64,000 nt of DNA, taken from contig OX597818.1 in assembly GCA_951406725.2 (NCBI GenBank), positions 132,432,001 to 132,496,000 on the forward strand. Direction: 5' to 3'. Both the position numbers and the translations under genes were made by a program. The notes below the pieces were generated by a model that saw only the letters and a program-made list of their open reading frames with translations, ran no database searches and was not told the origin of the DNA. This DNA comes from Octopus vulgaris. Lineage: Eukaryota. Below are positions 54,621 through 64,000 of this stretch, one piece after another (positions within the stretch are counted from its first letter, which is position 1; the number at the start of each line of letters is the position of its first letter).

Positions 54621-54980
54621 TATAACATTCAGACCAAAGTCAATTAATCATTTTATAAGTATATATTTACCACTCATTGACACAGGCATACCTAACACAA
54701 CATATACCATTCCAAATCCTACCAGGTGTATAGCTACATAATAGTCACTTTCTTGAAGTCAATAAAGACTTATTTAACCATGAATGTATCTGATTAGATA
54801 AAATGGAACCAATTAATTCAATTAATTCAATAGTAGGGAATCTTTCCTTTTAAATCAGTTTCTTTTTGTTGTTGTTTTAGTTTTTATTTTTACTGTTACT
54901 TTTAAAATTTATGTTTTTAATTTTTTTCTAAAGCGTTGTCTAATACTCTGGTGATTCTACCAATCCATTCTCTTAGTAAT

Positions 54981-55032
<52 letters not shown>

Positions 55033-55034
<2 letters not shown>

Positions 55035-55328
55035 CATCCGAATGTGGCCGATGCCAGCGCCGCCTTGACTGGCTTGGTGGCACATTAAAAGCACCAACCG
55101 ATCGTTGTCGATGCCAGACTTCCCTGGCACCTGTGCCGGTGGCACGTAAAAAGCACCCACTACACTCGCGGAGTGGTTGGCGTTAGGAAGGGCATCCAGC
55201 TGTAGAAACACTGCCAGATCAGACTAGAGCCTGGTGCAGCCTCCTGACTTCCCAGACCCCGGTCGAACCGTCCAACCCATGCTAGCATGGAAAACGGACG
55301 TTAAACGATGATGATGATGATGATGATG
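55033..55328 (+). mobile_element. Family D (RTE 3' end) after (ATA)n
   Basis: Homology and (GAT)n tail. Confidence 0.82.
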
Positions 55329-55595
55329 AATCAAAAAGGCTTTAGATAACTATAAGCTGGAATTGCTTTCAGTTACTGTATCCAGGTCTCTAGAATGTTC
55401 TGAGTGATACATTGTAATCTTAGAGAGTTGTGACCAGATATACTATCTCTGCACACTATGTAAACTATAAAACACAAAAAGCTTTTCTCTATAAAATTTG
55501 AGGAAGTGATAAATCAGGAGTAATTAAAGCTTGAAATAGAATACTTTCAGTGTCTTATCTGTGATTCAAAATTTTCGATTTACCAAATAGAACAC

Positions 55596-55660
<65 letters not shown>

Positions 55661-55983
55661 GCTCTCTATCTCTCTCTCTCTCTCTTGTGTGCATAAACAC
55701 ACACACACACACACACACACACAAGTAAGTGTGTGGGTGTATATATATTTGAATGTATGTATATGAGTATATATATATATCTGTATGTATGCATGCATGT
55801 GTGTGTGGTATAAAAATATAAAAAAACCTGAAGATGAAGTAAAAAAAGCCAGACAAACAGGGTATATTAGGTTGATGCTCAGAAAACTGTAGAAGTCTTT
55901 AAGGTTTTGAATTCTTCTATAGAAAGGGTAGATGAGGAAATACGAAAATATAGAGAAAAGAGCAAATGTATATATTATATGAA

Positions 55984-56045
<62 letters not shown>

Positions 56046-56195
56046 TGTAATATATGATATATATTTAGACATGGTTGTATGATAAGAAGCTTGCTTCCTA
56101 ACTACAATAGCCTTTGGCCAGCTAAAACCTTGTGAGTGGATTTGTTAGATAGAAACCGAAAGAAAATTGTTGTGCACATATATATATATATATTA

Positions 56196-56402
56196 TGGAG
56201 ATGTACTTGCATAGCAAGTGATTTGATCTGAGATCGTGTGCTGGAGCGAAAACAATTGCAGCATGGAAGGTGTTTGTAAGCCATTTAAGAAACACACAAA
56301 AGCCGTTCGATTCACTTCAACATTTAAGTTTAATTTGTCAAGATATTTTCGTCGCTAAAATCCGCGACCTGTTCACTGACAAAAATCCGTGCTGCACGGA
56401 TT
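56196..56402 (-). mobile_element. Family E monomer with G3:C8 hammerhead (56334-56383)
   Basis: Homology to 42412-42672; in (TA)n; one substitution near the cleavage site. Confidence 0.78.
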
Positions 56403-56416
56403 TATATATATATATG

Positions 56417-56461
<45 letters not shown>

Positions 56462-56463
<2 letters not shown>

Positions 56464-56857
56464 TCTTTTACTTGTTTCAGTCATTTGACTGCGGCCATGC
56501 TGGAGCACTGCCTTTAATCGAGCAACTTGACCCCGGGACTTATTCTTTTGTAAACCCAGTGCTTATTCTATCGGTCTCTTTTGCTGAACCGCTAGGTAAC
56601 GGGGACATAAAGACACCAGCATCGGTTCTCATGCAATGTTAGGGGGACAAACAGACACACAAACACACACACGCATATATATATATATATACATATATAC
56701 GACGGGCTTCTTTTAGTTTCCGTCTACCAAATCCACTCACAAAGCATTGGTCAGCCCGGGGCTATAGCAGAAGACAGTTGCCCAAGATGCCTTGCAGTGA
56801 GACTGAACCCGGAACCATGTGGTTGGTTAGAAAGCTACTTACCACACAACCACTCCT
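56462..56857 (-). mobile_element. SINE family B
   Basis: Homology to family B. Confidence 0.85.
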
Positions 56858-57390
56858 ATATATATATATTTATATGTATATATATATATATCTATATGTA
56901 TGCATATATATATGTATATATATATATATATATAAGGCAAATAAGAAAATGAAGAGGATAATCAATTGATAAACATCAGTGTGTAGACATCCACTTGTAT
57001 CTATTTATTAATTGATTACAATCATATGTATAAGTAATCAAATAAACAAATGAAATAAGCAAATAAAAAAGTAAATAAATAGATAAATAAAAACAAATAA
57101 ATTAATAAGAATAAATGAATGAAAAAGTACTAATCTCTTACATCTGTTTCTACTATGGGGTTGCCCAATCTGCCATGTTTTCCACATCATGCCAATAATA
57201 TACAGGGAAATTACTAAGAAGTATAAGATAGTTCCTAAAAATACACTTAAGAAAATGAATTTAGAAGCAAAGAATATTACATTGAACTTTAAGTTAGATA
57301 ACAAGACAGAACTGTTTACACCAATCTGACCAAATATTACAATTAAGGACCATAAGGTTAACTTCATAAATAAGACACAAGTTAGATTAA

Positions 57391-57612
57391 CCCTTTAGTG
57401 TTCGCATTATTCTGCCAAAACTAATGCTTTTTTGTCCTCATTGTTTTGAACTAATCATGCATTATCTTGTAGCTATGAGATGTTGATGAGGTAGCTGTTA
57501 ATTTTTAAGATGATATTGTAGGGTTGGTTGTGAGAGACCAGATCTGACCAGTTTGAACATAAAACAAGCAGAATACTTTTGGCCGGATATGGCTGGTTTA
57601 AATGCTAAAGGG
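57391..57612. mobile_element. piggyBac-type MITE inserted at TTAA in the PLE RT
   Basis: TTAA|CCCTTTAG...CTAAAGGG|TTAA; removing it restores VRLICP. Confidence 0.9.
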
Positions 57613-58368
57613 TTAATATGCCCTAACAAATCAGATATAGGTAAACTAAGTAAGGTAATTTTGGATAAATATCTACCAACACTAAAAAGCAAAATCAAGC
57701 TTGAACTATGGAATAACAGCCAAAGTTCATTAGACTGGTTCCCCAACATACAAAATTATTACTCTTCAATGAACCCTCTTGTTTTGAACAGTGCTCTTAT
57801 TTTAGCAAGGAAATTTACTAATTTAAGTATGAAGGAAATTAATGTTGTACTCATGGCTTGAAAAATTGTTATCAAATTTGGGAACAAACTATGGGCAAGA
57901 AATGGCACACCTAATCACTTTGGTATCATAATAGACTTGCCAAACTCAGTGGAAGCGGTGAACTTAGTAGGAATCTACCTTTTAGAGAACATAAACAGGG
58001 AATTCCCAGAATTAAGAGGAGGTCTGTACAGAGACAATGCACTCTTTATAGTTAGAAATCACTCTAATAGGGATCTAGAATATTAAAGAAATGCCTACAT
58101 AAGTTTTTCAGTAGATTTGGTCTCTCTATAACTATAGAAAATGAAAATTACTCCATTTAACTATTTAGACACACACTGCAACTTAAACACTGAACTACAT
58201 GAACTGTATATGAAACAGAACTCTAATTTAAGATATATAAATAATTTCAGTAACCATCCCCATTCAATAAAAAGAGCTCTTTTAAGAAATATAAGCAAAA
58301 GAATCTCAAACCTTTATTTAAATGAAGCGATATTTAATAAGCACAAGGATACGTGTAATGTCTTTGTC

Positions 58369-58451
58369 CAGCTGAAGAATGCTCTGTATTTTTAATTGAT
58401 GTAATGATTTCATTGTTCAATTAAATGGAGTTGCATGAAACGATCATACTG
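58369..58451 (+). ncRNA. Hammerhead motif with long stem II
   Basis: cag-CTGAAGA-atgc...gcat-GAAA-cgatca (decayed CGATCG)-TA-ctg. Confidence 0.55.
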
Positions 58452-58538
58452 CATTACTTCTGGATATCCTTGTTGCTTATTTTGATTATATATACATGTA
58501 TATATATAAAAAAAAAAAAATATATATATATATATATA

Positions 58539-58745
58539 GGGAGATGTACTCCCATAGCAAGTGATTTGATCTGAGATCGTGTGTTGAAACGAAAACAATT
58601 GCAGCGTGGAAGGTGTTTGTAAGCCATTTAAGAAACACACAAAAGCCGTTCAATTCACTTCAACATTTAAGTTTAATTTGTCAAAATATTTTCGGCGCTA
58701 AAATCCGCGACCTGTTCACTGACAAAAATCCGTGCTGCATCTGAG
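58539..58745 (-). mobile_element. Family E monomer with G3:C8 hammerhead (58677-58726)
   Basis: Homology to family E. Confidence 0.78.
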
Positions 58746-58819
58746 AAAGTAACAATTAGTAATACACACACATATATATATACATATATATAATATATAT
58801 ATAATAATATATATATAAT

Positions 58820-58878
<59 letters not shown>

Positions 58879-58963
58879 TATATAATATATGTATATATGT
58901 ATATATATACATATGTATATATTACACACATAATACACACATATATATATATATATAGATAGC

Positions 58964-58996
<33 letters not shown>

Positions 58997-59329
58997 TATA
59001 TGTATATATATAGAAAGAGAGGAGCAAGGGAAAGGAAAAGAGAAGAGAATGAGAGAGGGAAAGAGAAATTTAGGAAAAGTAATTCTTTGATCACACTCAC
59101 AAAAGTCTTCAATAGTTAAATGTAAAATATTAGAGTACTCCAAGACAGATAAATGAAATACTCAGAGCTATATGAAGTATGCTAATGGAAATAAGTTACT
59201 CTGAAATCACTGAAGCATGCATGAATTAAAATGCAGAGGTTTCCTAAACAGGAACTGAAAGAAACTGATAGAAAATTCTTTCTGTCTTTAACTTAACAAT
59301 TCCAGCCAATTATGATAAGGAAAAATAAT

Positions 59330-59670
59330 AAACGTACATACGTACATACATACATACATACATGCATGCATGCATACATACATGCATGCATGCCTACATA
59401 CATACATACATACATACATACATACATACATACATACATACATGCATGCATGCATGCCTACATACATACATACATACATACATACATACATACATACATA
59501 CATGCCTACATGCATAAATACATACATACATACAAGCATAGATACATATGGATACTTACATGCATAGATACCTACATATACATACATATATATATAGAGA
59601 CATACATACACACTCACATATATATATGTATACACACACACACACACACATATATATGTACATACACATA
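59330..59670. repeat. (TACA)n/(TGCA)n microsatellite
   Basis: Direct inspection; further TA-rich blocks at 60400-61110, 61400-61550, 61910-62100 and 63557-63970. Confidence 0.95.
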
Positions 59671-60879
59671 AATTCAAGAATAATATACAGTATTGTAAAG
59701 ATTTTGATGGTAACATTTATTCTAATTATTATTTATGTTTATGTATATCATTTTTACTTAAATTTCATTTAATTATATACGAAGTTTATATTTTATTTTA
59801 TATTTTTATCATTTTTGCCTTTTGGAAATGTAAAAATCAGTGAAGCATGATAACTATTTGTAAGAATCATTCATTGGAGTTGAATGCTTGACTGGCTAAT
59901 AGATTTGTATATCATGTTATGCTTTGGGGAATATCAGTGCCAAAATTTTATTATTGTTGTTAGAAAAGGATTGAAAATAGATAATTTGTCGCAAATACTT
60001 TAATGGGGAAACACCGCAATCTTTATTGAATAAAAGTCATCCAACTCGATAGCTTGCTATATCACTTAGAATTCCTCTGTTTGATAGGAATATTAATTAT
60101 TCAATGTTTATGTATTTATCTATTTATTTATATTCATTTACTATTTATTCTTTTAAATATACATACACATGTAATTATGTATATATATATATATATATGT
60201 GTGTGTGCTTGTATGTGTGTGTGTGGTTTAATTTTTACTTGGATTATTTTTTTGTCTTGCTTCTTTTCATAGCAATTTCTATAAATCATATTGCTATGGC
60301 ATATTTCAAATTTAGATGTTAAAGTCATCTTGCAAAAGCATTTAAAATGTTCAATGCTATGTTAAGCAACTAAAAAGTGTGACATTATTTCATATCAATC
60401 ATCCACATACACACACTCACATATAAATACAAATATATATTCATACACACACATATATATATATATATATACATATACATTATATATATATATATATATA
60501 TATAATATAAATATAGAATATATATAATATAGACCCATATAATATAAATATATTTAATATACACACAGACATATATATATATATATATGCATGTATATAT
60601 ATATTTATACATACACACACATATATATAAATATACACATACATATATACATGTATGTACATACACATGGATTAATGAATGAATAGATGCGTGCATGTGT
60701 GTGCATAGTATATATATGTATGTATATATGAATATACATATATATATCTATATTTATGTATATATATATATATATGCTTACGTACATATATCTATGCATA
60801 TATATATATATGTATACATAGATACATATATATATGTATAGATATATATATGTATACATGTATACATATATAGATATGT

Positions 60880-60964
<85 letters not shown>

Positions 60965-61283
60965 TATATGTATATATATGTGTATACGTATATAGATAGA
61001 AGTATCTGTATTTGCATATAAATGAGGATATATATTATATATACTCACACACACACATGCATATGCACACATATATATATATATATATTTATATATACAT
61101 ATACACTAAATACTTGATAATGTACATCCAAAAGAAAAAGACATTTTTAATATTTATCATAACAATAATCAGCATCAAATTCCCCCGTCACCACATCCAA
61201 AAGAGAAACCATTCCATTGACGGACACAACCATCACCACCACCACCACTATTACTGCTATTGTCGCCACCACTGCCATCACTG

Positions 61284-61330
<47 letters not shown>

Positions 61331-62005
61331 CCATCTCCTTCATCATCATACTTATTGGATTATATGTTTATGAGCATGCATCATTTAAAGTGTCCGTGTA
61401 TGTGAGTGCATATATATATATTATATATATATGTATATGTATGAATATATATATTTATATATATATATATATTATATACATTGTATATATATATATATAT
61501 ACTCACGCACACATGTATATGCACATGTATGTAGACATATATATTTAGATTTATAGATGTACATGTGTAAAGCTCATACAGAAAAGAGCTCCAATAAACA
61601 AGGACAATAATAAATAAAATAATCAATATTCTTAGAATATTGTTGATCATTTGAGCTTCACAAATACATTGTGAGAAAAAGTTAGTGGGTTGGTGTATAT
61701 AGCAATATATATTGTAAGATAAATTAATCTATAGTTAGAATAAACATTCAGTAATTAAACTGCAAGGAGAGATATTTATGATTTTATGAAATATACCAAA
61801 AAAAGAAAAAAAATTTTTAAATGATGCTGTGCGTTGTGTATATGAAAGATTTTGGTATATAATTATGCACATTTATATATCTATTGTTATTTGTACATCT
61901 ATCTATTTATTAATGTGTGTGTGTGTGTATATATGTATATATGTATATATGTATAAGCATACATATGTATAAATGTATATATATATACATATATTTATAT
62001 ATATG

Positions 62006-62104
<99 letters not shown>

Positions 62105-62224
62105 TTTGAGGCTAGCTAAAGACAAATATGGTCTGTCACAGACTGTGCTCACAAAAAGGTCATTATCATTCACCTTTGTGACTGTGGCGCCAGACATCAT
62201 GGTCCGCAGCCAGGTCTGACCAGC

Positions 62225-62792
62225 ATTGGTGGTTAATATGACATGCTGTTAGAGACTTCTTGAGGCAGTCTTTGTTCAAGAAGACATAGAAACCCTTGCT
62301 TCAGATCGAGTTGGATGGCAAACAAAGGTGTGAAGTGGAGTAAAAGCATTTGAAGAAGCCAGGATAATGCAAGTAAGACACAAAAGAGATCTAAGGAAAA
62401 ATTTAATGATTGTGAAGGTTAATGGCAATGACCTTTTTGTGACCACAGTCTGTGACAGTCCATGCTTGTGTTTAGCTAGCCTCAAATCTCATCTGCAAAT
62501 GCATATAAAACTAACATCCACCAACTATTCTGACTATATGCCTGTGCACACCTTTGAAAGCAGTGTATGCCAGAAAGTTTGCAAATCAAACAGAGGCCTC
62601 AAAAGACATATTAAGACCCACAAAGAGCAGAACCTATCTGCAAGTATTGGTGGTCCAAATCAGAGGTGCAATCTATGTGGGTGTCTTTTCAGAACATTGT
62701 CTGGTTTAAAAAGCCACATCAGATGCCATGATGGTGTTAAGGTGTAGGTACAAGAGGTGGTCTAACTCTGTATAAGGAGTAGACAACTGCCA
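62225..62792 (+). mobile_element. RTE-type LINE 3' end encoding three tandem C2H2-like zinc fingers
   Basis: ETLASDRVGW..V.AFEE (RTE C-terminus), then VCDSPC..LKSHLQMH, VCQKVCKSNRGLKRHIKTH and CNLCGCLFRTLSGLKSHIRCH; inverted partial copy at 62101-62180. Confidence 0.75.
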
Positions 62793-62834
62793 TATGTATA
62801 TATATATACATATGCGTCTATATATATATGTATG

Positions 62835-62953
62835 TGGCCTGCTCGCTTAGCCAGCGGGGTGGCATCATTCGAAGGCTAAAACAATGCGAACGCATTGTGA
62901 CCAGCGATGTGTAACAACATCTGATGGTCTGGTCGGTCATGTGATCACGTGAT
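62835..62953 (+). mobile_element. Solo tail2 fragment (5'-truncated SINE or partner LINE end)
   Basis: Matches 39985-40103. Confidence 0.8.
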
Positions 62954-63052
62954 ATATATGTATGTATGTATATATATATGCATGTATATATATATATATG
63001 AATGTATATATACGTATGATTGTATATAATTGTATATATAAATATATGTAAA

Positions 63053-63554
63053 TGTTGCATGGTCGGGTCGTCAGCTACTAAACCGGCAACCCCACCAAGC
63101 TTGCTTGCTGAGGAGGGTGATTTTTGGACACCTTGCAGGATGAAAGACAAAACCCGTCAAGGGCGGAGGAACTCTTGAGAGTCAACAGCCATCCAATAAA
63201 TGTCTTAAGGCTATATCATGTGCGGGAACATAGAAATAATCTGACTGAACGCCTGATCATGCGGATAAACCATTTGGATTAAAGGACTCCTAGCCTTTGT
63301 TAGGGCATCCTTCTAGGAGAAGGTAACTCAGGTAACTGGGATAACTCCGATATAAAACCTGCAGCTCAGTGGTTACCAATGATGTTGACTTGTTCTTCTT
63401 TTCGGATTACGGCTGCTGTTGCTTAGTGAATGGGATTGACTCAGTGCACAGCCTTTCCTCACTTTAAAAAAAATCTTCTTGCACAGGCATTGCATGATAA
63501 CAACATTGATTAAGCTTCGTGCAATGGCCATACTCGATAACGAGGGGGCAGCCA

Positions 63555-63557
<3 letters not shown>
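63053..63557 (+). mobile_element. Putative bipartite non-autonomous RTE derivative
   Basis: RTE 5'UTR-like gggcatccttctaggagaaggtaactc, and a 3' end ggccatactcgataacgagggggcagccacca plus (TA)n that resembles 62758-62792; no ORF between. Confidence 0.5.
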
Positions 63558-63597
<40 letters not shown>

Positions 63598-63620
63598 TAT
63601 AATAAGTTTATATATGTGTG

Positions 63621-63697
<77 letters not shown>

Positions 63698-63881
63698 CAT
63701 ATATATATATTTAACAATTAAGGATGACTTATGTCCCTCTTAGCATGTAACATTTATGTGTAATAATGCCCTCTATACAATATAAATACATATATATATA
63801 TATATAAATATATATATATAGATATACATACATATACATGTAAATATATGTATATATATATGTATGTGTGTATACAAATGT

Positions 63882-63933
<52 letters not shown>

Positions 63934-64000
63934 ATACATATATGCATATATAAGTATGTATACATATATGTGTCAAAGGCTAGCAGATGTTTTAAGGGGA

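Larger units (their letters stand above)
57195..58490 (+). mobile_element. Penelope-like element RT remnant (Naiad/Chlamys-like) with a 3' hammerhead
   Basis: ITIKDHKVNF..VRL|ICPNKSDIGKLSKVIL..W.NSQSSLDWF..LVGIYLL..GLYRDN..YLD..SNHP..ISKRIS; stops and frameshifts; hammerhead at 58369-58451. Confidence 0.85.

Noticed and set aside
57859-57861. In-frame TGA in the Naiad-like RT as possible selenocysteine
   Set aside because: The context A*K is best explained by CGA>TGA decay, and the copy has other stops and frameshifts
62367-62747. Host C2H2 zinc-finger gene
   Set aside because: In frame with a stop-containing RTE C-terminus, no TGEKP linkers, followed by a LINE-like 3' end and (TA)n

Overview
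This is very AT-rich eukaryotic DNA saturated with (TA)n, (TACA)n, (CA)n and (TCTA)n tracts. The repeat style and SINE families suggest an octopod cephalopod genome (inference from recognition, not a search). I found no host protein-coding exon, and most listed ORFs are microsatellite artefacts. The rest is a nested transposon landscape: three tRNA-like SINE families, RTE, CR1-like and Vingi-like LINE remnants, Penelope-like (PLE) fragments (a GIY-YIG endonuclease and a Naiad-type RT), a Tigger/pogo fossil, TTAA piggyBac-type MITEs, non-autonomous Helitrons and a 182-bp tandem array. The main finding is about 15 minimal type-I hammerhead ribozyme motifs in short PLE-like or foldback elements. 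They include two families whose catalytic core carries compensatory swaps of the C3:G8 pair (G3:C8 and A3:U8). Also notable are a SINE that builds head-less concatemers with one recurrent junction, a visible SINE/LINE tail partnership, and many local foldback inversions. Coordinates of degenerate repeats are approximate to about 10-20 bp.
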